A stretch of 64,000 nucleotides of DNA from an uncultured virus (IMG/VR IMGVR_UViG_3300042368_000845) (taxonomy: Duplodnaviria > Heunggongvirae > Uroviricota > Caudoviricetes): the IMG/VR virus record IMGVR_UViG_3300042368_000845; one strand, given 5' to 3'. This document shows positions 48,319 through 58,258 of the stretch, piece after piece. The translations under genes were made by a program, and so were the position numbers. Under the pieces are notes generated by a model, which saw only the letters and a program-made list of their open reading frames with translations, searched no databases and had not been told where the DNA came from. Position 1 is the first letter of the stretch. Each line of letters opens with the position of its first letter.

Positions 48319-49032
48319 TTAACCTCTTTTGCGTCTTGGTCCTGTGTAAGCGTCTGGTCCACGCAATTTAAGAATAGCATCTATTTGTGTGGCCACTTGT
48401 GGTGGTTGATTTGGTATTCTTACTTCTCCACGTGATCCACCCAAAGCTGATTTTAAATCTCCAGCTAATGTTTTATCGGTTGGATTTGATCCAAAAGGAA
48501 CTCCTCTTACTACTGATGATACCTTAGTTCCTGTTATTTTTGTTGTAGGAACATTTAGAAATAATTCTCCAGTTTCTGGATTTGTATTAATATTCATTCC
48601 TCTAGATCTTGCTAATAATGCAGCTTTTTCTCGATCTGAAGATTTTCCTAAAATGTTAAAAAGCTTTTTGTGGTGTCTAGCCAACATAGCTCTACCTTCT
48701 TTAGTGTCTGGATAGTCTGCTCCTATCATTTCAGATAATATTGATTTATAATGATTTTTTAAATCTTGAGCAGTATAATTACTTTCACCCATTATTATAT
48801 TATCTGCTCTATTCATTCCAGTTATCCACCTAGTCAATCTTGCAATATTTCTTCGAGCTAGTTCTCTTGCATTATTTCTTCTGTTAGGATCATCAGTTTT
48901 TTCGCTACTATCTAGAATTCCTCTAGTTTTACGATTTAAATCTTTAGCTTGTGACATCCGTTTGTCAATATATCTATTTAATATTCCTCGTCCTCTTGGG
49001 GTGTCTCCGATTTCATTTATTTGCTCTTTCAT
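48319..49032 (-). CDS. Basic hypothetical protein, probable capsid-internal
   Basis: Late promoter upstream; MKEQINE leader; internal ILSE followed by a related module. Confidence 0.55.
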   Translation of the reverse strand: MKEQINEIGDTPRGRGILNRYIDKRMSQAKDLNRKTRGILDSSEKTDDPNRRNNARELARRNIARLTRWITGMNRADNIIMGESNYTAQDLKNHYKSILSEMIGADYPDTKEGRAMLARHHKKLFNILGKSSDREKAALLARSRGMNINTNPETGELFLNVPTTKITGTKVSSVVRGVPFGSNPTDKTLAGDLKSALGGSRGEVRIPNQPPQVATQIDAILKLRGPDAYTGPRRKRG

Positions 49033-49046
49033 ATATTTCTCCAGAC

Positions 49047-49060
49047 ATATTTATAAATAT
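49047..49060. promoter_or_regulatory. Palindromic bidirectional late promoter
   Basis: ATATTTATAAATAT contains TATAAATA on both strands between divergent genes. Confidence 0.7.
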
Positions 49061-49064
49061 TGAT

Positions 49065-49619
49065 ATGTTAATAGCAGGAATTGATTATTCTTTAAATGGT
49101 CCAGCAATCTGTGTATTCGAAGGAAAAGAATATTTTACATTTGAAAAATGTCAATTTTATTTTTTAACCGATGTAAAAAAGAATGCTACTATATTTTTAA
49201 AAAATATTCATGGTAAACTATTTGACGATTATGAAGAAGAGTGTGAAAGATATGACACAATATCAGATTGGGTGATGAATAAAATAATAGGCTGTGAACA
49301 GGTAGCATTAGAGGATTATGCATTTAATGCTCAAGGAAGAGTATTTCATATAGCAGAAAATACTGGAATATTAAAATATAAATGTTATCAGAATTCTATA
49401 CCACTTGAGGTTGTTTCACCTTCGCATGTGAAGAAAATAGCCACGGGTAAAGGCAATGCTGATAAACTTCAAATGTATCAGGCTTTTTTGAAAGAAACTT
49501 CTGTCCCATTGAAAGATATAATATCCCCAAATAAAAAAGATATCGGAAATCCAGTTTCCGATATCATTGATTCTTATTATATTTGTAAAAATCTTTTTTT
49601 ACAGCTTAAGATTTCTTAG
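49065..49619 (+). CDS. RuvC-like Holliday junction resolvase
   Basis: MLIAGIDYSL, ALEDYAF, AENTG.LK, KK.ATGKGNADK, DIIDSYY. Confidence 0.8.
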   Translation: MLIAGIDYSLNGPAICVFEGKEYFTFEKCQFYFLTDVKKNATIFLKNIHGKLFDDYEEECERYDTISDWVMNKIIGCEQVALEDYAFNAQGRVFHIAENTGILKYKCYQNSIPLEVVSPSHVKKIATGKGNADKLQMYQAFLKETSVPLKDIISPNKKDIGNPVSDIIDSYYICKNLFLQLKIS

Positions 49620-50133
49620 TCTTTTTTTCATCTACAAAACCATCACCATTTTTATCTTCACCTTTGCCTTGAAGGTAATACCACGCTAATCCAAAGACAA
49701 GTGTTAAGTAAAATAATAAAGCATACCAATTCACTCTGCTCATCTTTACTTCTGTGCCTACAGGTAATTTAACTTCGGTCTGTGCTTCAATATTAATCTT
49801 TGTTGTATCAACAGTTTGAATACTAGTATTTTCTGGTAGAATTACAGTAGTATTTTTAGGAATAATAACTTCTTGTGGTTTTTCAATAATTGGTTCTTCA
49901 GATGGTTCTGGTTTTATTATAACCACAGTATCATGCTCTAGAGTTACTTCGGTCTTTTTCTCTGAATCTGTTTTAATATGAGATCCTTTTGGAAGATCAG
50001 CAGTAGTATCTTTTGCTATAACTGTGTCAGTTGTTTTATTAAGAACATCTGGAGTCGTTTCCACACCATTTGTTTTACATACAGACTTACAAGATGCTAA
50101 TACACATAGTATTAAAATTAATAGTTTTTTCAT
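49606..50133 (-). CDS. Lipoprotein with C-terminal TM helix (candidate unimolecular spanin)
   Basis: MKK-hydrophobic-VLASC lipobox; V.LP..T beta repeats; TM WYALLFYLTLVFGLAWYYL. Confidence 0.55.
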   Translation of the reverse strand: MKKLLILILCVLASCKSVCKTNGVETTPDVLNKTTDTVIAKDTTADLPKGSHIKTDSEKKTEVTLEHDTVVIIKPEPSEEPIIEKPQEVIIPKNTTVILPENTSIQTVDTTKINIEAQTEVKLPVGTEVKMSRVNWYALLFYLTLVFGLAWYYLQGKGEDKNGDGFVDEKKTKKS

Positions 50134-50564
50134 GATTTATTTCCTGCTGTAGCACTACCAAAATAGAACCCAACAATCGCTAATAAAATCTGGCGATTCT
50201 CTTGGGTAAACAAATATCCATTCACCGTTTGAAAAATAGTTTCTGATGTTTGTGGAATCAAACCAAATAAAATTTCTGGATGTGTTTGATTGATTTCAAC
50301 AACTGTTGGTATTCCAAAGAATGGAAGAACGAATGGTGCTGCTATTGTACCAAACAAAACTGCCAAGACAATGATTTGTCGTACTGCTTTACCAGCATCA
50401 ATCGGTACTCTTTTAGCAGCGGTTTCTCTTGTCTTTTCGTTAAAGTTATTAATATCTAATAGTCTTTTAAAGTTTTCTTGTTCTGATTGGCGTTTTTCTG
50501 CCATATAGCGAAACAAGAATCCAGTAGCAGATCCACCGATAAGTGTTAGAAGTTCTATTGGCAT
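50130..50564 (-). CDS. Membrane protein (holin-like)
   Basis: Hydrophobic segments; ..AIVGFYFGS C-terminal motif seen in phage holin-like proteins. Confidence 0.55.
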   Translation of the reverse strand: MPIELLTLIGGSATGFLFRYMAEKRQSEQENFKRLLDINNFNEKTRETAAKRVPIDAGKAVRQIIVLAVLFGTIAAPFVLPFFGIPTVVEINQTHPEILFGLIPQTSETIFQTVNGYLFTQENRQILLAIVGFYFGSATAGNKS

Positions 50565-50755
50565 TTCTTTTTGACTCCCTGTAAGACAATATAATTTTGA
50601 GGAATATCTTCTGGATTCATTTCTGCTCTTTTGACGGCTGCTTCAAATTCTCTTTTAGTCAAAAGCAATTCATATTGAAAACCATCAGAACTGACATGTG
50701 TACAAAAGACATATTCAAGTGCTTCATTACCTTTTTTTATTTTATTTTTTTTCAT
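50555..50755 (-). CDS. Hypothetical protein
   Basis: LLLT.REFE.A..RA..NPED ORF in operon. Confidence 0.5.
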   Translation of the reverse strand: MKKNKIKKGNEALEYVFCTHVSSDGFQYELLLTKREFEAAVKRAEMNPEDIPQNYIVLQGVKKKCQ

Positions 50756-50791
50756 ATTAGACCTATGAAAGTGTAAAATACAATATAAATC

Positions 50792-51271
50792 TTAATTAAC
50801 ACGTTTTCTCCTCAATATTTTTTGTGCTCTGGTATATTTTTTCTGTGCTGATTTGCTCAGAAAAGTATCTGGTAAATCATTAACATTTTCTGGATTTGGT
50901 GATACTCCAGATATTCCACCACCACCAACAGACAATTCTTCATTTAAATAATTCATTATATTTTCAAAAACAATATCTTTATCACCACCAAGTTTTTCAA
51001 CATCCTCAGAAAATAAGGAAATAGCCGTGGTTAAATTTTTAAGTTTTGCTTTTGTATTTGGATTTGGAATCTGAGCAAGAAGTTTTTTGATGTTTAATAT
51101 CAATTGATCATATGGATTTATTTTAGTGTCAATTAATATTTCACCGCTTTCATCTATAATACCATCCATGAATAATTTTGTTTTATTGTATGGTGTGGTA
51201 ATATCTTTAATAAATTTAAAAAGAGTAAATGAATTTATTAGTTGATTTATATTTGTTGATTCATTTAACAT
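50792..51271 (-). CDS. Conserved T4-like hypothetical protein
   Basis: FKFIK.IT.PY......GIIDE.G..L pattern; YLNEE then G-rich tail. Confidence 0.6.
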   Translation of the reverse strand: MLNESTNINQLINSFTLFKFIKDITTPYNKTKLFMDGIIDESGEILIDTKINPYDQLILNIKKLLAQIPNPNTKAKLKNLTTAISLFSEDVEKLGGDKDIVFENIMNYLNEELSVGGGGISGVSPNPENVNDLPDTFLSKSAQKKYTRAQKILRRKRVN

Positions 51272-51641
51272 CTTTTAATATCTCTAATATATTTTTATCA
51301 ATTGGTATAGTTTCTATATTTACTTCTGGAATATATGATGGAAGATAGTTTAAATGATATAAAAAAGATTTTAAATATGAATGAAGATTAGATGGTATTT
51401 TAAAAAATAGTATTCTTGATATATTGTAAGCACCAAACATATTTTGAAGAGTTATGATATGATTTAATAATAATCTTTCTTTTAATATTTGATCTTTTTT
51501 ATATTTTAATAACAATCTTTTAATATATTTGATTCTATTTAAATCTTCTTTAAATTCATGAAAACCCACACAACTCGGGTTTTCATATGCCTTCATTGTA
51601 AACATTATAAAAGTATCTGATGTTAACTTTTCACCAAACAT
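51261..51641 (-). CDS. Conserved T4-like hypothetical protein
   Basis: Y.NP.C....EF.EDL.RIKYIKRLL.KY....LKERL.LNHII.L.N.FG. Confidence 0.7.
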   Translation of the reverse strand: MFGEKLTSDTFIMFTMKAYENPSCVGFHEFKEDLNRIKYIKRLLLKYKKDQILKERLLLNHIITLQNMFGAYNISRILFFKIPSNLHSYLKSFLYHLNYLPSYIPEVNIETIPIDKNILEILKDVK

Positions 51642-51646
51642 TCAAA

Positions 51647-52480
51647 TTATTCGCCACTCAGTGTTTTCATTCCTTTAAACTTCTTCATCAGATGATTAGA
51701 AACACGCTTGATGAGTGCGTCATCTACCTTATTCTTATTTATTTTACCCATACCAGCCAATTTACGAACAGCTGATTTTGCTGCAAAGGTTAATCTTGTT
51801 GTTGCTTCCTCATGAGTAAGTTTTTTCTTACCCTTCATTACAACCAAACTTCTGAATACTGGCTCTATGACCTTTGTCTTGATTTTTGGATTTTTCATGA
51901 TCATGTTCATCACGGAAAGACCCATGTCCTTTGATTCCATAAGCATTTCACCAGATTCATCATATTGTTCTTCAACTTGTGGTGTTGGAGTGTTATTTTC
52001 TGCCTGATCAATTAAACCAGACTTAGTGATCTGTATATCTGTGAAGTACATCTTTCCAGTTGGTGTACCTGTCAAAGTAAAGGAAAGATTTAGAGGAACA
52101 TATTCTTTACCTTTGTCAAATCCATTCTTCAATAAATCATGGGTAGGTGTAGTTCCGAAGATTTCTCCATAACGATTGAGTTGAAAGGAATGACTTCCTG
52201 TTGATAATTTAGTTTTGGAATTAAAATCAAAATCAAGTCCAGCATGGTTAAGTTTAGATCTAAGTAGATTTATTGCGGCTTCTGGTTCAATATAAGAACC
52301 TCCGAGATAAGCATTGACGAATGCCTGCATTCTCTTTAGTTGGTCTGGATCGTCACGGAAAAGGCCAAAATCACTATGTGCTGATCTTGGTGTCTGAGTA
52401 AGATATTTATCGAATCCAGAACCGTCAACGGTTTGTTCATTTTCAACTAATCTTGATAATAGTTTTTTGAAAAGACTCAT
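51647..52480 (-). CDS. Hypothetical protein, possible capsid-internal
   Basis: MSLFKKLLSRLVE leader; internal LME before a basic module. Confidence 0.55.
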   Translation of the reverse strand: MSLFKKLLSRLVENEQTVDGSGFDKYLTQTPRSAHSDFGLFRDDPDQLKRMQAFVNAYLGGSYIEPEAAINLLRSKLNHAGLDFDFNSKTKLSTGSHSFQLNRYGEIFGTTPTHDLLKNGFDKGKEYVPLNLSFTLTGTPTGKMYFTDIQITKSGLIDQAENNTPTPQVEEQYDESGEMLMESKDMGLSVMNMIMKNPKIKTKVIEPVFRSLVVMKGKKKLTHEEATTRLTFAAKSAVRKLAGMGKINKNKVDDALIKRVSNHLMKKFKGMKTLSGE

Positions 52481-53397
52481 TATGCTCTCCCTTTAGATTT
52501 TCTTGATTTTGTTATTTTTTTTGCAGCAGCTTCTGCTTTTCTAGCTTTCTTTTTTGCTTCATCTCTGCCTCTATCTAAGGATCTGATCAATTTCTTTTGA
52601 TCCTTGAGTTTTTGTTCTGCTGTTTTTTCTTTTTTCTTTGGTGCAGCTTTTGCTTTCTTTGACTTCTTGGTTCTGCGCTTTTCACCTGGCTGTGCAGCAC
52701 CCTTCTTACCACCACGCATCATCATGGTTATAAATGTGGCATATCGATAGCGAGCATTTTCATCAGTATCATTGCCCTTGGTTGCTCTTATTTTTGCTTT
52801 TACTTTTCTGCTGCGAGCAATTCTATCTCTTTTAATAATCTCAGCCTTTGTCATAGTGCCACGATTATCTGGATTTACGATTTCTTCAGAGACTATTCCA
52901 GAATTCAATAATGCTTTCTCAACAATACCTTTTTTTGGTAATTTTCGTTTTGAATTATTTTTTCTCAATGATTTAATCTGTTGATAAATATAACCTCTAA
53001 CAAGACTAGCATCTCGGTTTCTTTGTTTAATCTCTTTTGGTGTTAAAACCTTAGGATCTACAGGTGGTTTATTTACGATTTCTTCAGAGACTATTCCAGA
53101 ATTATTTGATTCTGTCCGATATTTTTTCCGAAAAATTAATTGCCTATCACGAATAATCTTATGTGCATTTTTAGGTAGAACTCCTCTAGCAATTAATTGG
53201 TTTACATAATTCCTTTTTGCTGGTGAATTTCCTCTACCAAATAATCTATTAACGTGTATAAGCATTTCCCTATGTTTATCATCTGCATATTCGATTTCTT
53301 CAGAGACTATTCCAGAATTCAATAGTGCTTGCTCAACACGCTCATAGACATTAGCGTTTTCTCTTGCTTTTGATTTTAGTTCTTTTTTTGATTTCAT
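52480..53397 (-). CDS. Highly basic modular protein with three SGIVSEEI junctions
   Basis: 27-bp repeat at 52879-52905, 53077-53103, 53293-53319; K/R-rich. Confidence 0.65.
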   Translation of the reverse strand: MKSKKELKSKARENANVYERVEQALLNSGIVSEEIEYADDKHREMLIHVNRLFGRGNSPAKRNYVNQLIARGVLPKNAHKIIRDRQLIFRKKYRTESNNSGIVSEEIVNKPPVDPKVLTPKEIKQRNRDASLVRGYIYQQIKSLRKNNSKRKLPKKGIVEKALLNSGIVSEEIVNPDNRGTMTKAEIIKRDRIARSRKVKAKIRATKGNDTDENARYRYATFITMMMRGGKKGAAQPGEKRRTKKSKKAKAAPKKKEKTAEQKLKDQKKLIRSLDRGRDEAKKKARKAEAAAKKITKSRKSKGRA

Positions 53398-53416
53398 TGT
53401 TTTCCTCTATATTTAT

Positions 53417-54076
53417 TTAATATTTACATTGTCTTCCAGCAGGGCATGATGCCTTCGATCCTTTTGGGCCAGCCCATAGTTTTTTACATGCCCAATACTG
53501 AGCAGATAATTTTGATTTCTTTTCATCACATTTATGTCTGGCTCTAAATGATTTTCTAGCAGCAGACGAGTAATTGTGACCATAACCTTTAGCACCAAAA
53601 TGTACGATTTGTTCCTTGCCACCTTCACATGCCTTTACCATCATCTTTTTTCCAGGACTTGTGGATGGAACAGGTTTATTACATTTCATTGAATCTTTTG
53701 ATTCATTTACTGATTTCCATTTTCCACCCTTACTATTATAAATTCCAACCAATCTTCCCATTTTTAATGCGCCATGTTTTTGATGTGCATTTTGTGCTTT
53801 TATTCTTGCCCATAGAGATGGATTGGTTGGGACGTTTTCTTCACTTAAATGAGAACTTACACGTTCTCTGCTTTTTTGTTTTCTGCGTATGGCTTTTATT
53901 TTTTGAGATTTAGTCATTTGTCCCCAGGTTTCTGGTGTCTTTCTAGATATTTTTCTTGATGGTCTACACTTTGGATATTTACCTCTTTTATAAGATTCAC
54001 CAGATCCACATTCTTTACCATATTGGTCTTTCCATTTTTCTTTAAACCATCTACGAAGATCTTCTTTAATGTCCAT
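53417..54076 (-). CDS. Three-module basic protein (DUF5872-like and DUF6321-like)
   Basis: EDLRRWFKEKW..YPKCRP; PTNPSLW; VHFGAKG..RKSFRARH.C...SA.YWAC. Confidence 0.65.
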   Translation of the reverse strand: MDIKEDLRRWFKEKWKDQYGKECGSGESYKRGKYPKCRPSRKISRKTPETWGQMTKSQKIKAIRRKQKSRERVSSHLSEENVPTNPSLWARIKAQNAHQKHGALKMGRLVGIYNSKGGKWKSVNESKDSMKCNKPVPSTSPGKKMMVKACEGGKEQIVHFGAKGYGHNYSSAARKSFRARHKCDEKKSKLSAQYWACKKLWAGPKGSKASCPAGRQCKY

Positions 54077-56615
54077 TATCAGCTCTATTCTCAGATTTAT
54101 CTCTGACTCTCAAGTTTTTAACAGAATTATTTTGTGGGTTTCCATCTTTATGATCCACGTCCTTGCCATCACCTTTACGAACTCTTCCCATCTTCATTAA
54201 TTTTCTTCTGGCAAGAACACGCTTGACTCTATTTGCTCTTTGTTTTGCTTTTGAATGATAATTATCATATTCTCTTCTGTAGTTTCTTGCTTTTTTCTCT
54301 GCTATGAATGTTTTTGCATATACCAATGATTCCATTGGATTTTCATTCGCTTTTGTATCATCAGAATCAAAGAACGGAATATTCATGATATGAATATTTC
54401 TTTGTTTACCGTTTATATAAACAGTTGTTACTTTTGCACCATCTCTCTCATCTGAAACATCATGAAGATTTATTGGACTTGCCTCAATAGTATCTACATT
54501 GGTTCTAAATATGTTCAATATTAATTGGTATCTTTCCAATGGTTTATTTACAGTCTTATTTAACTTATATAATTCACTTAAATAATTTTTGAGGTAAATA
54601 TTTTCAAATTGATCTTGTGAAGATGCTTGTTCTTCTTTTACCTTTATTTCAATTTCTGGTTGTGGTGTTGGCTCAGGTTGTTCAAATAGTTTTGACAGAA
54701 TTGAATATTTAAATCTGTTTTCTTTTAATTTTACTTTAATACTATCTCTACCACAGAATCGAAGGCTATCTAAAGATTCTGGAACTGGTATTCCCTGTGA
54801 CATTATATTTTTAGACGCATTATCAAATGCAACTTGTTCACTTATGGTTCCACAGTGATCTAATTTAAAGTTAATATCAAATTTAAATAGATTTGAATCT
54901 ATAATTTGATCGATATAAGCTTCAGATATTGCATTTAATTTTACATCAAAAGTTTCTGGATCAATAGTCATCATATGAGTCGCTGATGCTATTGAATTAT
55001 CAAATTTTAAAGATCCAGTTAGCAACTCATGTAAGAATAGTTTCTTTGCAATTCTTGTACTGAATATTTCTCTCAATTTAAAATTTGTTTCTGATTTAAT
55101 TTCATGAATCTTCAAAAGATTTTGTTCTATTTGATTTCGAATATCAGTTTGCGTTGTAGTTGCTGCAACTTGTGGAACTGTATTACCTTCATACATTTTT
55201 AATTTATTTGTCAAAAGATTACCATAATCATTTAACTTCTTCACAATATCTTCAAGACATTTCTTATCAGAATCTGATATTGAAATTTCATTTCCAAATA
55301 TATTTCTTTCGCTACCCAACAACAATGAGTTTATTTTTTGCACAACTGTAGAGAATATAGCCTTAGAATTATTATTTGTTTTTCCAGCGATTAGTGTTGT
55401 ATTTCCATATTTAATATTAAATTTGATAAACTGTTCTTCTGGTGCAAGACCAGATGCCATACATGCTGATCCATCCTTTGAACCTTTTGTGCATATATGA
55501 GAAAATACTACATCTGATATTGCATTATCTTTAGGAAGTGCAAAATTTTTCCATGTCTCTGAAGTAGGATAAGCCTGTGGTTGTAATATCTGAATATCAT
55601 ATTCAGTTATATTTCTACCTGTCATTTTCATGAACGAATCCATGAAATTTGCGGCAACCTTATCACCAAATTCTTTCATGTTATCAGAAAATGCATATTG
55701 ATTTGCCTGATCATTAGAAATGGAATTATTTTTGACAGCATTCTTTGGATCAATACCCTTCATTGCATTCAATGCAACAAATGGAACCCACTTGGCCATA
55801 GAGTGATCAATTTGTGTAGTGTCTTGTATTGGTGCAGATGGCATACCAATATCTTGACGAACTTCACCAGCCGAAGAAACTTTCTTGTCAGCCTTTTGAG
55901 TTGTTTCTTCTTTTTCTTCTTTTGGTTTTGTGACTTTATCACCCAAAATTCTTTGAGATGTTAAAGTATTTTTGAAGTTTTCATCTTTTGAAATTCTCAT
56001 TGCGACTTCATAACTCATATCAGATGAAGGAATAACAACGGTATGCTTATCTGATTCAAATGAATTCTTATCAACAATAAGAAGTTTTCCCTTTTCATCA
56101 CGGACAACCATAGCAAGTCTTGCTGGGTCCATTTGACGAACTTCTTGCTCTTTTGCCCTCTGCTTTTGTTTTCTTCTTCTTGCCTCTATACGCATCTCTG
56201 CTGGTGATTTTTCTTCACGAAGATTTAATTTTTTCAATCTTTCTGATTCACCTTTAACTACTTTTGGCATTATTTGCTTAACAACATTATTGATGAATTT
56301 TTTTCTTTTATTCACTGTGCTGTCGATTCTCATTCTTTGTGAGTATGATAAATCTTTCCAATTACCCTTATAGAGCTTCTTTTTTAGTTCTGTTCGAACA
56401 ATTCTTCTGGCTCTATTTTTGAGTTGAGTACTTGATCTACGTCTTTTTGCTCTCATTTTTCGTAGAAATGCTCTACGTTTTGATGTTCTACGTGCGGCAA
56501 TAGCCAACTTCATTCTGGTGCGAACGGAAGCGGCTTCATTTAAATTTTGAGAAAATTCTTCAAAATCTCCAGAACTTAACCAATCTTCAGGTAAAATATT
56601 CAAGTTTTCATTCAT
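54066..56615 (-). CDS. Large protein: prohead-core (gp68-like) basic N-domain and C-terminal HNH domain
   Basis: Arg/Lys helical N-domain; C-terminal RNY.REY..GDGKDVDHKDGNP.NN...NLRV....NR; late promoter at 56624-56631 (minus). Confidence 0.65.
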   Translation of the reverse strand: MNENLNILPEDWLSSGDFEEFSQNLNEAASVRTRMKLAIAARRTSKRRAFLRKMRAKRRRSSTQLKNRARRIVRTELKKKLYKGNWKDLSYSQRMRIDSTVNKRKKFINNVVKQIMPKVVKGESERLKKLNLREEKSPAEMRIEARRRKQKQRAKEQEVRQMDPARLAMVVRDEKGKLLIVDKNSFESDKHTVVIPSSDMSYEVAMRISKDENFKNTLTSQRILGDKVTKPKEEKEETTQKADKKVSSAGEVRQDIGMPSAPIQDTTQIDHSMAKWVPFVALNAMKGIDPKNAVKNNSISNDQANQYAFSDNMKEFGDKVAANFMDSFMKMTGRNITEYDIQILQPQAYPTSETWKNFALPKDNAISDVVFSHICTKGSKDGSACMASGLAPEEQFIKFNIKYGNTTLIAGKTNNNSKAIFSTVVQKINSLLLGSERNIFGNEISISDSDKKCLEDIVKKLNDYGNLLTNKLKMYEGNTVPQVAATTTQTDIRNQIEQNLLKIHEIKSETNFKLREIFSTRIAKKLFLHELLTGSLKFDNSIASATHMMTIDPETFDVKLNAISEAYIDQIIDSNLFKFDINFKLDHCGTISEQVAFDNASKNIMSQGIPVPESLDSLRFCGRDSIKVKLKENRFKYSILSKLFEQPEPTPQPEIEIKVKEEQASSQDQFENIYLKNYLSELYKLNKTVNKPLERYQLILNIFRTNVDTIEASPINLHDVSDERDGAKVTTVYINGKQRNIHIMNIPFFDSDDTKANENPMESLVYAKTFIAEKKARNYRREYDNYHSKAKQRANRVKRVLARRKLMKMGRVRKGDGKDVDHKDGNPQNNSVKNLRVRDKSENRADNGH

Positions 56616-56636
56616 AGCTTAAATATTTATAATATT

Positions 56637-56661
56637 AAAAAACCCTCCGAAGAGGGTTTTT
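56637..56661 (-). terminator. Intrinsic terminator
   Basis: AAAAAACCCTC-CGAA-GAGGGTTTTT. Confidence 0.7.
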
Positions 56662-56665
56662 GGAA

Positions 56666-57016
56666 TCACTTCCAGGGTATTTCGGCTACAAATTTAAAGC
56701 CATGGTGTGATTTTCTTTTACCCGCTATACACTCATACATAGCAGCTCTTTTTAGTTTATTTTTCTTACAAAATTCATACATGTTATCGACTGTGTATAA
56801 GACACCATTTTTATCCTCTATGATGAATTTACGTCTTCTTTCAAGACGAGTTATTTCTTTCCATCTAAAACAATTATATTTTTCTTTTACAAATTCTCCA
56901 CCAAATTGTTGAATAAATCTTTCACGAAATAATCTTGATTTAGAATTGTCATTACAATAAACCCATGTTGGAGAATATTTACGATTTATATCTTCTTTTT
57001 TAAATGGAATCATCAA
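56666..57016 (-). CDS. NUMOD1-like DNA-binding protein
   Basis: EFCK..KL....MY....GKRKSHHGF motif. Confidence 0.55.
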   Translation of the reverse strand: MMIPFKKEDINRKYSPTWVYCNDNSKSRLFRERFIQQFGGEFVKEKYNCFRWKEITRLERRRKFIIEDKNGVLYTVDNMYEFCKKNKLKRAAMYECIAGKRKSHHGFKFVAEIPWK

Positions 57017-57671
57017 AATTATCCTTATAATATTTCTTTACACAGTCTGCCAATCTTTTCAAATATTTAGATGCCTTCTCTTCAAAGATTTGCAGTTCAC
57101 CCGTTTCTGTTGCAATTAAAATAACTATATCTTTAATCTTTTTATTTGTGCGTTCTTCCCATAATAAGGAATATGCAGTTGCTTGCATAAAATAATTATC
57201 AATATCATCCTTATATTTTGGTTTAGTAGAACCCTTAAAATCTATGATACATGTCTTACCATTATATTTTGCTATACAGTCAACTCTACCAGCCAATCCT
57301 GTTCGTTCTCCCCACAACATTGTCTCTAAAGCATAGACTTCTTCTATCTTATCGATCTCTGGTTTTAATTGTTCAAATAATTTTAATTCTGTTTCTGAAA
57401 TTTCAGATAAATCTAATTGTTCATTAAGTAGATATTTTTCTGCTAAAGAATGTATTGTGTTTCCTCTAGCACAGACTCTATTTGATTCTTGAATATTATT
57501 TTTTCTCCAAGAAGCAAAGAAGGCACGCTTTTCCCATCCAGTTACTGTTGTAACAGATGGAAGCATACCTTCTGGAGTAGAATAGAATCGTCTTCCATCC
57601 TCTTCTACTTTGCTTATCTCTTCAGTTGGATTATATAAAAAGTTATGTTTAAAATTACCACAAATAATCAT
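57000..57671 (-). CDS. PD-(D/E)XK exonuclease
   Basis: PSVTTV, RGN.IH, AGRVDCIA, IIDFK, YFMQ..AY. Confidence 0.85.
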   Translation of the reverse strand: MIICGNFKHNFLYNPTEEISKVEEDGRRFYSTPEGMLPSVTTVTGWEKRAFFASWRKNNIQESNRVCARGNTIHSLAEKYLLNEQLDLSEISETELKLFEQLKPEIDKIEEVYALETMLWGERTGLAGRVDCIAKYNGKTCIIDFKGSTKPKYKDDIDNYFMQATAYSLLWEERTNKKIKDIVILIATETGELQIFEEKASKYLKRLADCVKKYYKDNFDDSI

Positions 57672-58258
57672 TATTCACCAGATATTTCACTTCTCATTTT
57701 ATTTATCTCAGTTTTATGAGGTTCTTTATTCAGTAATGATAAAACTCTTTTACGAATGAGTTTTACATTCTCGGTTAATTCTTCTTTATTTGATGAAAAT
57801 GGATCATATGAGGCGGCTATAGGCATTCTTTGAAATCCACCAACCATTGATCTCAAAGGACTTACTTGTGGGGATGCAAATGGTACACCAGCACTTCTTG
57901 TTCTTGCTGACTGAACTGTGTTTGTTGCATAACCCATTGCTGCCATTTGTGTTGGAGTTAGCGAACCACTAAAACTAGCTAGAGGTGATGCTTGTGTTGA
58001 TGCTGCTGCTTTTGGAGTCTGCAATGTATTTAATCTTATTTTTTTAACGTCGTCTTGTGTTGGCTTTGATTCAATAGATGAACTGCCAGTATCGGATGTT
58101 GTATCTGGATATGTTAATTCATTTTCTTCATCTTCATCTTCATCATTTTTTTCTTTTTGAGAAGTATTTTTCTTTTCATTTAATGAAGATTTAGATTGTT
58201 TTATATTCTCTTGAAGTGATATGAAATTAATAAATTCTGATAGATCTTCGTTTTCCAT
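57671..58258 (-). CDS. Low-complexity hypothetical protein
   Basis: TAATG-coupled; EFINFISLQE leader; LTE site near C-terminus. Confidence 0.55.
   Translation of the reverse strand: MENEDLSEFINFISLQENIKQSKSSLNEKKNTSQKEKNDEDEDEENELTYPDTTSDTGSSSIESKPTQDDVKKIRLNTLQTPKAAASTQASPLASFSGSLTPTQMAAMGYATNTVQSARTRSAGVPFASPQVSPLRSMVGGFQRMPIAASYDPFSSNKEELTENVKLIRKRVLSLLNKEPHKTEINKMRSEISGE

Noticed and set aside
52879..53319. CRISPR-like array (27-bp repeats)
   Set aside because: Only three copies about 200 bp apart, in frame within a CDS, with no cas genes; the nearby PD-(D/E)XK nuclease is a common phage exonuclease
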